This document shows positions 35,817-45,055 of a DNA stretch of 64,000 nucleotides, piece by piece. The stretch is from an uncultured virus (IMG/VR IMGVR_UViG_3300021387_003972) (taxonomy: Duplodnaviria > Heunggongvirae > Uroviricota > Caudoviricetes): the IMG/VR virus record IMGVR_UViG_3300021387_003972. The stretch is one strand, 5' to 3'. Numbering within the stretch: the first letter of the stretch is position 1; each line of letters starts with the position of its first letter. The notes under the pieces are model-generated. The model was not told the DNA's origin. It was given only the letters and a program-made list of their open reading frames with translations, and did not search any database. Position numbers and translations under genes: made by a program.

Positions 35817-36482
35817 TTATACCTCTTCATGGCCCTTCTTGCCGTCCCTGAAAGCGGCGGATCCGGAAAGGTTCTGCAAGAGGATCTTGCGGTCCTTCTT
35901 GTACTCGGCGCCGATAAAACCAAGCCTAAGGAGGAAGCATCGGAAGGCGTATTTCTCGTTTTCCACTTCCTTCGCGGTTGCCGTCACACGCTTGACCTCC
36001 TTGCTCATCCGGCAAAGGGCTGCGATGAAGTTCGTGTAGGCCATTGCGCTTTCCGGTTCGACCTCGGTGAACCAGGGGAATGCCACCCTGTCCTCTTTCA
36101 TCTCGATCCGGATGTCGCTTATGCCGAGCGCCTTCTTGATCAGATCTCCTTTGGCGTCCAGGAGCTTCATGAGGTTTCCGACGTTCACCTTGTCGAAGGG
36201 AATCTCTACCGTAAGGCCGATCGGCTCCGGCTCGCTCTCTGCGGTAAACTCCTCTGTCGGGGCCTCGAAGTTCTCGATGAAACCTTCGTCTGCCAGGATC
36301 CTGAGCGGCTGCAGGTCTGCGCCTTCTTTGATCGTTATGGTGCCGTCCTTCTCAAGTGTGTAAGCGCCAACTTCATAAGCGCATCTGGGTACTCTTGTGT
36401 AGCGGGCCTCTGCTCCGGTGAGCTCGGCGAGTCTTGCTGCTGCGACTTTTCTGTTTTCAGTTGCAAGTTTAATGTTCATCAT
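35817..36482 (-). CDS. Conserved prophage protein often annotated 'virulence-related protein'
   Basis: LIKKALGI..FPWF..NEKYAFRCFLLRLGFIGAEYKKDRKILLQNLSGSAAFR; C-terminus resembles that of the adjacent amidoligase. Confidence 0.75.
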   Translation of the reverse strand: MMNIKLATENRKVAAARLAELTGAEARYTRVPRCAYEVGAYTLEKDGTITIKEGADLQPLRILADEGFIENFEAPTEEFTAESEPEPIGLTVEIPFDKVNVGNLMKLLDAKGDLIKKALGISDIRIEMKEDRVAFPWFTEVEPESAMAYTNFIAALCRMSKEVKRVTATAKEVENEKYAFRCFLLRLGFIGAEYKKDRKILLQNLSGSAAFRDGKKGHEEV

Positions 36483-36602
36483 GGTGTTTTCCTCCGTATT
36501 TGTGATCCGAGGGCCTATTCCCTCCGGGTAGTGTATTAATCACTCTACCCGGAAGAATTAGCAACACACACATCTGACAAATATGTGAATGGAAAATAGC
36601 AG

Positions 36603-37238
36603 TTATGCACAAGCCTCATCCTTCGCCTCTTTCTCCATAAAAAAAGAGCGGTATGTCTGTGTGTCCACATACCACCCATATTTTGAGATATAACGATTGG
36701 CTCTTTCGAATACCTGTCTTTGTTCAGACAGTGACAGTTCCTCGATACCCGGGTTTTCACATCGGTAGCGACCAAAAAAGATACGGGACGCAAAATTGTA
36801 AACTGCTGCTGCCTTCTCCTCGTCCTTATAGGTTCCCAGTTCAACATGCCTGTCGTTAAACTTAATACGAGCCGTCCAGCAATTCTTGTTTTTCCTTTGA
36901 AAAACACCTTTATAACGTGATGTACATTTCATAATCGGTTTGGATCTATTAAATGCATTCTTTTGTACACTCGCGTACCTTAGATTTTCCTTTCGATTAT
37001 CAAGGCTGTTTCGATTCAGATGATCAATTATGGTGCCTTCTGCAGCATGGAGGATTTCTCGATGCATTTGAACTGTTCGTGGTTCTCCTCTCCGCTTGCT
37101 GCCTTTTCGGACTGCGTAACCCATCCCGCTTTTTGAATTGGTAGGAGGCATCCACGCCCAGCTGTGCTGCATCAATCGCTCATAATCCTCATCGTCAACG
37201 ATCGTATACTTTCCACGAGTAAGAGGTATTACTTTCAT
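36603..37238 (-). CDS. HNH endonuclease with AP2 DNA-binding domain
   Basis: MHREIL..IDHLNRNSLDNRKENLR; SRYKGV..WTARIKFNDRHVELGTYKDEEKAAAVYN. Confidence 0.9.
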   Translation of the reverse strand: MKVIPLTRGKYTIVDDEDYERLMQHSWAWMPPTNSKSGMGYAVRKGSKRRGEPRTVQMHREILHAAEGTIIDHLNRNSLDNRKENLRYASVQKNAFNRSKPIMKCTSRYKGVFQRKNKNCWTARIKFNDRHVELGTYKDEEKAAAVYNFASRIFFGRYRCENPGIEELSLSEQRQVFERANRYISKYGWYVDTQTYRSFFMEKEAKDEACA

Positions 37239-38533
37239 TTCGCGCCTTTCTGGTTTACCTTATCATCCTTAAAGGCGAGATCCTCTTCTGTAGGAATATA
37301 GACCTCTTCGCATAAAAGCTCCTTCCCTCCGCGGATTACCTTGATATCATCTGTTCCCTGCTTAGCAGCTACATATCTTCGCACGATGGCAGAGGCGTAC
37401 CTGGGATCCAGTTCCATCAGAAATGCTGTTCTATTTAACTGATCGGCCGCCATAAGCGTGGAACCTGAACCGCCAAACAAATCCAGTACTATACTGTTTT
37501 CCAGTGAAGACATGCGAATCGGATAAGCGACGAGCGGAATCGTTTTGCTGGTAGGATGGAGCTTCGACTTCGTCGGCCTGTCAAACTCCCAGACCGTTGT
37601 CTGCTTTCGGTCCCCATAGAATTTGTGCTTGGCAGTATCCTTGAATGCGTATATCACAGGTTCATGCCGCATCTGATAGTCCATGCGTCCCAGTACCAAA
37701 GAGTTCTTTACCCAGATGCAAGTCGTGGAATAGTGGAAGCCGGCATCTACCGTTGCATTGAAGAAATTGACCTTCTCAGCATCAGAGTGAAAGCAATAAA
37801 ACGCACCACCGTCAGCCAGGTTGTCATATATATTCTTGAATGCATCCAGCAGAAAATGATAAAACTTCTGCGCATCAGTCCATTTGTCGTTCATGATCGT
37901 CATTCCCGTGCCGCCCTGGTAGGCGCAGTTATATGGCGGATCCGTCACACACATATTTGCCTTTTTGCCATCCATAAGACGAGCGACATCATCTGCCTTG
38001 GTGGAATCGCCGCACAATAGCCTGTGTCTTCCAATCAGCCACAGATCCCCCGGCTCTACAAAGGGCTCTTTTTCAAGAGCCTCATCCTCGTTAAAATCAT
38101 CCTCTTTCACATCGGTGTCATCCGCGAAAAGATCCGCCAGCTCCTTCTCATCAAAGCCGGTCAGTCCTACGTCAAAAGCCTCGGCCTGCAGCGCTTCAAT
38201 CTCAATGCGGAGAAGCTCTTCATCCCAGCCGGCATCCATCGCCATCCGGTTGTCAGCCAGGATATAGGCTTTCTTTTGTGCCTCGGTAAGATGATCGACC
38301 AGCACGCAGGGGACCTGGTCGAACCCTTCCGCCTTTGCTGCTTCGAGTCTGCCGTGACCCGCGATCACGCCATAATTCTTATCAATGATCACCGGATTGA
38401 TAAAGCCAAATTCCCGTAAAGAAGCCCGGAGCTTTGTGATCTGCTCCGGGCTGTGTGTTCTTGCATTATTGATATATGGCACCAGCTTGTCGATAGGCAC
38501 CATTTTCATTTGTGATGTCGTCTTCATAGCCAT
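37235..38533 (-). CDS. ParB-N domain plus N6-adenine/N4-cytosine DNA methyltransferase
   Basis: PYINNARTH..EFGFINPV..IAGHGRL..LADNR; motif IV TDPPY and motif I DLFGGSGST. Confidence 0.92.
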   Translation of the reverse strand: MAMKTTSQMKMVPIDKLVPYINNARTHSPEQITKLRASLREFGFINPVIIDKNYGVIAGHGRLEAAKAEGFDQVPCVLVDHLTEAQKKAYILADNRMAMDAGWDEELLRIEIEALQAEAFDVGLTGFDEKELADLFADDTDVKEDDFNEDEALEKEPFVEPGDLWLIGRHRLLCGDSTKADDVARLMDGKKANMCVTDPPYNCAYQGGTGMTIMNDKWTDAQKFYHFLLDAFKNIYDNLADGGAFYCFHSDAEKVNFFNATVDAGFHYSTTCIWVKNSLVLGRMDYQMRHEPVIYAFKDTAKHKFYGDRKQTTVWEFDRPTKSKLHPTSKTIPLVAYPIRMSSLENSIVLDLFGGSGSTLMAADQLNRTAFLMELDPRYASAIVRRYVAAKQGTDDIKVIRGGKELLCEEVYIPTEEDLAFKDDKVNQKGAK

Positions 38534-38543
38534 GCTCTCCTCC

Positions 38544-39329
38544 TTAGTAGAGTCCCCACTCAGCGAACTTTTCAAATCCGCCAAGGCCCTCAATATACTC
38601 CCTGGCTTCCTCCACGATATCCTCATAGGGAATGCCATCAACCGTCTCATCTCCAATCGCGCAGCAGAGCTCCACGGCCTTGCCGGTTCTCTGTGCCTTC
38701 AGGAAAGCATGGATATTTACAGAAACGTCCGCCTTGGACAAGTCCTTCCCATGAAGACCGCCGCCTGTCACAGAGTCTGCCATGTCACTTCCAAGCTTTC
38801 TGTTCGTGGCTCCAGTATCTACATCTGTGCCGCCAGTCCAATCGCCCAGCGGATTTACATCTGCCACCGGATACATTTTCTGTAGATCTACACTTTTCAC
38901 ATGGCTCTGGCAGATGATCATACGATGCGGAGCAAGAATGTACTTTCCGTCATAGGGATACTTCTCATAGATCCTTCTTGCGATCCGTGAGAGAAGTGAC
39001 TGCTCCTGGGTAAGCGGTACACCTTTAAAGATGCCGTTGTCACCGCAGCGGATCTTTCCCTCCTGGTTCCTTGCAAGATGATCGTCCTGCTTCACCTCGT
39101 GGTAATCCAGCGTGATTCCTTCCCCCGCGATCCGGTGCACCACCTTCTCGATATCCTCTGCGGCGATATTCACCGATGTCTCTGTAATCACATGGCAAGT
39201 CCCGTGACCGATCAGTATCTCTACTGCGATCCGCGGATTCCTCTCTTTCTTATATGCCAAGTCCACAATCGCTCCTGCAATCCGATCTGCAATCTTATCA
39301 GGATGCGACGGGTTTACTTTTTCTATCAT
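38544..39329 (-). CDS. metK: Phage-type short S-adenosylmethionine synthetase
   Basis: HPDKIADRI, GDNGIFKG, DTGATNRK, GGGLHGKDLSKADVS align to MetK signature motifs. Confidence 0.85.
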   Translation of the reverse strand: MIEKVNPSHPDKIADRIAGAIVDLAYKKERNPRIAVEILIGHGTCHVITETSVNIAAEDIEKVVHRIAGEGITLDYHEVKQDDHLARNQEGKIRCGDNGIFKGVPLTQEQSLLSRIARRIYEKYPYDGKYILAPHRMIICQSHVKSVDLQKMYPVADVNPLGDWTGGTDVDTGATNRKLGSDMADSVTGGGLHGKDLSKADVSVNIHAFLKAQRTGKAVELCCAIGDETVDGIPYEDIVEEAREYIEGLGGFEKFAEWGLY

Positions 39330-39880
39330 GCCATCCCCTTTCTGCTCCGTAGGAGCCTCTCCATCACATCATCCTGCGGCGTATTGCCGGAGAATTCTGA
39401 CGAGCAGTTTTCCTTCACGATCTGGAAGATCTGATACCAGATCTGATTGACCTGCTTCATGAACTGCTGGCTCATCGCCACATAGGGTGATGCGCACGCA
39501 GCGCCGGTTGTCGGGTGCTTACTGAGGAACCCGTACTCGGAGATTGCCTCCTCACACTGGATCCAGCGCGATACGCTCATGGCATACTGCTCGAGCAGCT
39601 GCTTACTCACCAGTCTCTCACAGCCACGCTCCTTGAGCCAAAGCCATGTCTCTCTATATATTTTCTCTGCCTCAAGCGCTCCACCGTTCCTCTGTCGTGC
39701 CTTCAAATATTCACCCGGCTCCGGCATCTCTTCGCCGTCCAGCTGCGTTCCTTCCGGAAGATCCATTACTAGCATCGGTCTGTGGCCCGGATTTCCTGCA
39801 GCCAGTTTTTCTGCGAGCGCTTTCGGTTTTCTTCCCTGGCCCACTCGCGGGCCTCCTCTGGCTGTTCCATCCTTCGCCAT
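39326..39880 (-). CDS. terS: Terminase small subunit (P27 family)
   Basis: MAKDGTARGG..RWIQCEEAISEYGFLSKHPTTG..SPYV..WYQIFQIVKENC. Confidence 0.9.
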   Translation of the reverse strand: MAKDGTARGGPRVGQGRKPKALAEKLAAGNPGHRPMLVMDLPEGTQLDGEEMPEPGEYLKARQRNGGALEAEKIYRETWLWLKERGCERLVSKQLLEQYAMSVSRWIQCEEAISEYGFLSKHPTTGAACASPYVAMSQQFMKQVNQIWYQIFQIVKENCSSEFSGNTPQDDVMERLLRSRKGMA

Positions 39881-39899
39881 TTGTCACCTCTTCATTACT

Positions 39900-39997
39900 C
39901 TGGGGCTATACCCCGTTTGTTTTCGCGATTTTTGCGCGTTTGACCCCGGCGCCGTTCCCCGGAGACTTTAGCGTAGAGAAGTGACCCGCCCCTGGAG
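39900..39997 (-). other. Probable cos/packaging-initiation region
   Basis: GC-rich non-coding stretch between HNH and terS, the usual position of 3'-cos sites in HNH plus P27 phages; exact cut site not determinable. Confidence 0.5.
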
Positions 39998-40393
39998 TCA
40001 CTTCCGATCTCTGTTTCCATAGCCATATTCTTTTCCGTCATGCCACCGGTCACCTCTCTTTGCATGAATTCTGCTGTGACAGCTCTTGCAAAGGGAGATC
40101 AGGTTGTCCTTGTCATTGGTTCCGCCTTCAGCGAGCGGAAGTATGTGATGGACTTCCTCCACCGGTACCAGGATCCCTTTTTGAAAGCAGAGCTCGCAGA
40201 AGGGGTGCTTCTTCACATAGGTATCCCGGATAATCTTCCAGTTCTTTCCGTACCGGCGTTTTGTTGTCACACGATCACGACCGTACTTCTCGTACTGTGC
40301 GTTCCTTTCCTTCTGGTGCTTCTCACAGTACCGGCCGTAAGTCAGCCGCGGACACCCGGGATACGCACAGGGTTTCTTCGGTTTGTGTGGCAT
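39998..40393 (-). CDS. Terminase-associated HNH endonuclease
   Basis: PCAYPGCP..YCEKH; HPFCELC..EVHHILPLAEGGTNDKDNLISLCKSCHSRIH. Confidence 0.92.
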   Translation of the reverse strand: MPHKPKKPCAYPGCPRLTYGRYCEKHQKERNAQYEKYGRDRVTTKRRYGKNWKIIRDTYVKKHPFCELCFQKGILVPVEEVHHILPLAEGGTNDKDNLISLCKSCHSRIHAKRGDRWHDGKEYGYGNRDRK

Positions 40394-40468
40394 GGTTGCC
40401 TCCTTTCAGGCATAATAAAAGCCCCGGAAGGTAAACTCCTTCCGAGGCTCATTAAGCTTTTTGTCTTT

Positions 40469-41203
40469 TTATTTATTAACTATATGCAGTGTTCCCTCTG
40501 CTCTGGTGATCTGAATATCAACAGGTACGAAAACATAACCTTCATAATCATCCGGCGTAATCTCATAATACTGTCTCCATCTGTCTTCGTCTTTTTTCCA
40601 GCGCGCACCACTAACCTTTGGCGTATTATTAAATGATAATTCCATTGACCCTTCGCAAGATACGGATAAAGTCGTTGAGTCTTCGTCCGTCCATCCTTTG
40701 GCAGATTCAATGATCTCATCTTTGTATTCATCAAAGGCGTCCTCTCCAAGCGTAATTTCTCCTGTTTGAAAATCAACTTCTTCGATCTTCTTTAAGTCAT
40801 AATCACCTGTCACACCAATAACTATCTTATTGTCTTTATCGGGATCAAGCGAGTATTTATCTTTTAGTATAAATCTAAAATTATTATCCCATTTTTTGAT
40901 CTCGGTGATTTTTCCATCTGAATCGCGTTCGATATTGTTCTCATCGTAAACAATATCATAATAATCAAAGAAATTATCTGCCGTGATTTCCACTTCTTGA
41001 ACAGTTGGAGCAGGTTTCATGGCTTGTATCTCTTCGATCGCGCCATCATAGTTTTCTCCTTCCAACTTGTCTATGATCGACTTGTACTTCTCATACATTT
41101 GATCGCCGACGGACGGCTCCGGTTCTTTATTGTTACTGCCACCACAGCTGATAACTGATACAGCCATAATGATCGTGATCAAGAATGCTATGTACTTTTT
41201 CAT
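40469..41203 (-). CDS. Putative lipoprotein moron (acidic)
   Basis: MKKYIAFLITIIMAVSVIS-C lipobox; AT-rich; TATAAT upstream at 41281-41286. Confidence 0.8.
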   Translation of the reverse strand: MKKYIAFLITIIMAVSVISCGGSNNKEPEPSVGDQMYEKYKSIIDKLEGENYDGAIEEIQAMKPAPTVQEVEITADNFFDYYDIVYDENNIERDSDGKITEIKKWDNNFRFILKDKYSLDPDKDNKIVIGVTGDYDLKKIEEVDFQTGEITLGEDAFDEYKDEIIESAKGWTDEDSTTLSVSCEGSMELSFNNTPKVSGARWKKDEDRWRQYYEITPDDYEGYVFVPVDIQITRAEGTLHIVNK

Positions 41204-41391
41204 TTTTCTATCCTTTCTATGTTCAAAGCAACACGATCAGTGAGCTTTAGCCAGTGAAACCGCATTGATCAACATACATAATTATAGCCTGTTCCTCTGC
41301 AGAATCGGTGGGCTCTCAGCTCACTGTATCAAGTTATAAAGATAGAAAAATTATATCACATAAATGTAGCAACACGCTTTTACCGTATAGC

Positions 41392-41597
41392 AAAAGCCCC
41401 GGAAGGATTGCTCCTCCGAGGCGGATTTTCATGCTCTTACTATATCACATTTCACAAGGGAGATTTTATCAACATTTTATCACCCTGCTGCTCTATGCCT
41501 ACACAAACGCCCCGGAATAATCACTCCTTTCGAGGCAGCTTTTCATGTTCTTACTATAACACTTTTCGCAAGAGAGATTTTATCAACATTTTATCAC
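41392..41597 (-). promoter_or_regulatory. Tandemly duplicated putative late promoter plus hairpin (114-bp offset)
   Basis: Identical 24-mer gagattttatcaacattttatcac at 41460-41483 and 41574-41597; each is followed on the minus strand by TATAGT and a gcctcg..ccggggc hairpin; a third hairpin copy at 40417-40448. Confidence 0.7.
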
Positions 41598-41619
41598 TTC
41601 ACGACTCCGGCCTTCATCA

Positions 41620-42081
41620 TCATATCTTCCCAAACAGAAGTACCGTCAATCGATCCAGTGCCCGATTCCTTCGTCTGTAGGCAGTAGCCTGCTCAACACC
41701 AAGGTATTCTGCTATGTAATCCGCAGTATTACTTCCATAGCGTCCTTCGTCACCATAAAAGGACTGCAGGACATATCGGTCCTCCTCTGTGAGCTGCTCC
41801 CAGGCAGGCTTGAACCAGCTCATATACTCGACAGCCTGGCGGTATCGTTCCTTCAGGATGTCGATCTCGTCGATGCCGTTCACGATCCGATCCTCTGCCG
41901 CCACAGGATTATGCGCGTGGGGCATGCCGTCCATGTTGGGGCTTCCTGCTCCCACCATCTTATCTCGCTCTGATACGATCTCACTGTCTGTATTGCGGAT
42001 GATGAACTGCATATTATCGTAGTCCTTGATGGCGGCAATCGCTGCAGCTCTCTTATCCAAATAGTTATACATGATGCTCAT
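41620..42081 (-). CDS. Late transcriptional activator (RinA/ArpU-like, sigma region-4 HTH)
   Basis: Position just before HNH/terS; PNMDGMPH; AWEQLTEEDRYVLQSFY..IAEYLGVEQATAYRRRNRAL. Confidence 0.75.
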   Translation of the reverse strand: MSIMYNYLDKRAAAIAAIKDYDNMQFIIRNTDSEIVSERDKMVGAGSPNMDGMPHAHNPVAAEDRIVNGIDEIDILKERYRQAVEYMSWFKPAWEQLTEEDRYVLQSFYGDEGRYGSNTADYIAEYLGVEQATAYRRRNRALDRLTVLLFGKI

Positions 42082-42083
42082 AA

Positions 42084-43465
42084 TTACCTCCCTACTGCCG
42101 CTTTGACTGCGGCGATCAGTTTCTGTTGTGTAGTATCCTTTTCTTCCAGCGCTTTTAGGACATCCTCGTCCACGGTGTCTTTGCAAACAATATGGTGCGC
42201 TGTGACCACGTGGCTTTGTCCCTGCCGCCAGAGGCGTGCATTTGTCTGCTGATACATTTCCAGCGACCAGACAAGTGAAAACCAGATCAAGATGTGACCG
42301 CCCTTCTGGATGTTAAGCCCATGTCCTGCGCTGGCCGGTGAGATCAGCCCGATCTGGATTTTTCCTTCGTTCCAGTCCGTGATATCTGTATCCGTCTTGA
42401 TGTCTCGCGGTACATACCCTTTTCCGGTCAAGTACTTCATGATCCGCTCGTGATCATGCTTAAACCAATAGGCCACCAGAACGCTATGCCCATTTGCCTG
42501 CTCGATCAGATCTTCCAAGACCAGCAGCTTCTGGTCATGGATTTCTAAGGCCCTTTCGTCTTCCCCGTAAACGGCTCCGTTTGCCATCTGCAGGAGCTTT
42601 CCGGAAAGTGCTGCCGCATTCGCGGCATCGATCTCTTCTCCTTCGACAGTAACAAGAAGCTCTTTTCTCATCTCGTCATATATTTTTCTCTCGCGCCTGT
42701 TCATTTCGACAGTGTGCGTTACCGGAATGAAGTCTGGCATATTCAGATAATCCAATGCCTTCATGGAGACCGCGATGTCGGAGATCCGTCCGTAGATCTT
42801 CTCCTCAGCTCCAGGAAGCGGATCATAGCCAAACACAACTCCTGTGTAAGGGTTCATTCCTGACGGCTTGAAAAATGCTTCTCTGTATCTTCCAATGAAT
42901 CTTCCCAGGCGCTTCCCACCATCAATCAGATAGACCTCCGCCCACAGATCCATAAGACCATTGCTGGCCGGTGTACCTGTAAGACCCACCATGCGCTTGA
43001 TCTTCGGTCTGACCTTCCGCAGTGCCTTCCATCGCTGGGACTGATGGTTCTTGAAGCTCGACAGCTCATCGATTACTACCATGTCATAGGGCCATGGGAT
43101 CTTCCGCTTCTCCAGATAGTCAACAAGCCATTTCACGTTCTCACGGTTTATGACATAGACATCGGCGGAGTCGTAAAGTGCCATCTCCCGCTGCTTACTA
43201 CTGCCAACCATCACGCTCATCTGCAGGAAATCCAGACCGTCCCACTTGAGTCGTTCCTGCGGCCAGACGGAGGAACAAACTCTCAGCGGTCCGATGACCA
43301 GAACCTTACTCACTTCAAACTGGTCAAACATCAGATCCATAATCGCTGATAAGGATATTATGGTCTTGCTGGGCCGAGGCCCATATCAAGCAGCATCATA
43401 GATTCTTCATGCTCCTCAATAAACTGAATCGCGAATTTCTGATAGCTGTGCGGTATGAACTTCAT
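42084..43465 (-). pseudogene. SNF2-family phage helicase interrupted by a 5-nt insertion in Walker A
   Basis: Upstream frame MKFIPHSYQ..LLDMGLG, extra CCAGC (43368-43372), then KTIISLSAIMDLMFD continuing in the 42084-43340 frame with DELS, LTGTP, HGLNIQ, QTNARLWRQGQ. Confidence 0.85.
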
Positions 43466-43698
43466 GTGGCGTCACCCCCTTCCATTTTCTCTATGATCTT
43501 CTTTAATAGCCTCGGCCCATCCAGATCTGACAGTATCTGAAAGTACTGCGAACAAAAGAACCTCGTGATCTCCCGAATGTCCTTGTTGGCCTTATTGTCT
43601 TCCGGAAACCTCAGCTTCCGCTTATAGGCTGCTCTGAAATCCTTCACTGCCTGCATGATGATGGCGTTTGCAAGGGCCTTATAGTTTTCTTCCATCAA
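43462..43698 (-). CDS. Conserved prophage hypothetical protein
   Basis: YKALANAIIMQAVKDFR..RFFCSQYF..LSDLDG; ATGA overlaps with neighbours. Confidence 0.75.
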   Translation of the reverse strand: MMEENYKALANAIIMQAVKDFRAAYKRKLRFPEDNKANKDIREITRFFCSQYFQILSDLDGPRLLKKIIEKMEGGDAT

Positions 43699-44030
43699 AG
43701 TGCCCTCCAGGTAATTGTTCCGATCCTGCCGGCACAGCGAGAAATGGCACTGCGATCTAGTCGCTGCGCCCGGATCAGGTCCGAGAGCTGTTTTGACTCT
43801 TCATGGATTTCTGAGATCACCTTGTGGTAATGCTCGCGGATCCCATCCAGTTCCTTCCTGTGCTCCTCTTCGATCACTGCCCACTCAGACTCTTTTGCGT
43901 AAGTCTCAGAAAGCATCTCCTGAAGCGCCGTCCGGAACTCCATGCTCATATGATCCTCGATCAGTTCCATCATGTCTCGAAGGCAAAAGACTGTTTTTAC
44001 CTCTCCGTTTATTTCTATCGTGTAGGCCAC
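43695..44030 (-). CDS. Hypothetical protein
   Basis: 111-aa ORF overlapping its neighbours. Confidence 0.6.
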   Translation of the reverse strand: MAYTIEINGEVKTVFCLRDMMELIEDHMSMEFRTALQEMLSETYAKESEWAVIEEEHRKELDGIREHYHKVISEIHEESKQLSDLIRAQRLDRSAISRCAGRIGTITWRAL

Positions 44031-44305
44031 TTTTCTACCTCCTCTATAATCCCAGGGATCTGCTTCGGATCGTCCAGAATAAAAACCGGAAAGCCAAGCC
44101 GCCTTATCTGCGCGTGTCGCTTTACCTGCAGCGGTCTGGGCTTCTTCCCTGGCGCCTTCACCTCCACAAAGCCGAGCCGGTAGCCTGGCATCAGAATCAT
44201 CCGATCCGGCATTCCATCGGTCCCAGGCGACACGAGCTTTGGACAGATCCCGCCAACACTTTTCACTGCTCTCATGAGTTGTTGCTCAATGTACTTCTCC
44301 CTCAT
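44015..44305 (-). CDS. VRR-NUC domain nuclease
   Basis: REKYIEQQL..KLVSPGTDGMPDR..FVEVKAPGKKPRPLQ. Confidence 0.92.
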   Translation of the reverse strand: MREKYIEQQLMRAVKSVGGICPKLVSPGTDGMPDRMILMPGYRLGFVEVKAPGKKPRPLQVKRHAQIRRLGFPVFILDDPKQIPGIIEEVEKWPTR

Positions 44306-44844
44306 AAGATGTCCTCCTTGGGATCAGCGAGATCGAAGGCTGCATAAATGGCAGAATAAAAGTCCCGGATAGGTTTTCCCTTATAGGATCGCTTTGTCTT
44401 GCTTGGGGTGAACACAGTGTACACATTTCCCGTTTTCATGATATGCAGTTCAATGCCTCGATAAGAACGCTCCCACAGGTTAGGCCTTGTCTGTTTCCAT
44501 TCACGCTTTATAAAGTTCTTCCTGCGTCTTGCCCGATTCCGCATCAGCCTCTCGCGCTCCTGGGCTTTCAGAATGTCACCTTCCATGACTCCCGCGCAGA
44601 TGCAGCCTACTCTGACCTCCTCGAAGTAGAGATCGTGATCCATGACATGTACGAAGCGAACATTGCTGCAACCGCAGAGCTCACACTCAAACAGATCTGC
44701 TTCTGGATCATCCTCCCGGACATCCTCCACACCAATGCAGCGCCAGCCGTCTAATGGCGCACCCCATTTTTTCAATTCGTTGATACAGCGGGCATAATAT
44801 GCTTTGTCACGCCTGTCCACATCAGTTTTAACCATTCTGTCCAT
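44302..44844 (-). CDS. Hypothetical Zn-binding protein
   Basis: CELCG..RFVHVMDH..VGCICAGVM. Confidence 0.65.
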   Translation of the reverse strand: MDRMVKTDVDRRDKAYYARCINELKKWGAPLDGWRCIGVEDVREDDPEADLFECELCGCSNVRFVHVMDHDLYFEEVRVGCICAGVMEGDILKAQERERLMRNRARRRKNFIKREWKQTRPNLWERSYRGIELHIMKTGNVYTVFTPSKTKRSYKGKPIRDFYSAIYAAFDLADPKEDIL

Positions 44845-44873
44845 CTGAAACCTCCCTGTTTATGGGCCTTTTT

Positions 44874-44995
44874 GACATTTGTCACGTTGTCCGGCCCCCT
44901 ATAGATATATAAATGGCTAGACATATTTTTCTATAAAGAAAGAAATAATCTATTTTGCCTATATATAAGGGGCATGTGACAACGTGACAAATGTC
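44874..44995. other. Probable phage replication origin
   Basis: Perfect 18-bp inverted repeat gacatttgtcacgttgtc (44874-44891) / gacaacgtgacaaatgtc (44978-44995) around an AT-rich core, directly downstream of the primase gene. Confidence 0.6.
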
Positions 44996-45055
44996 TGGAG
45001 CCCCGTGTTTATGCTGCGTTTTTTGTTGCCGCATCATGAAATGTTACCGGGACAG

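Larger units (their letters stand above)
31551..36580 (-). repeat. Six dispersed copies of a ~60-bp promoter-like element heading accessory cassettes (about 31551, 32293, 33077, 34176, 35732, 36531)
   Basis: Plus-strand consensus gtgtattaatcactctaaagcaca-N-tatcca-N-ttcggag-N-(ccg/gc)acaa; each copy lies 40-60 bp upstream of an RBS plus start codon; the 36531 copy keeps mainly the first half. Confidence 0.9.

Noticed and set aside
31551..36580. Dispersed repeats as a CRISPR array or integron attC cassettes
   Set aside because: Intervals are 0.7-1.6 kb and contain genes; repeats sit at promoter positions, lack attC-like symmetry, and there is no integron integrase or cas operon
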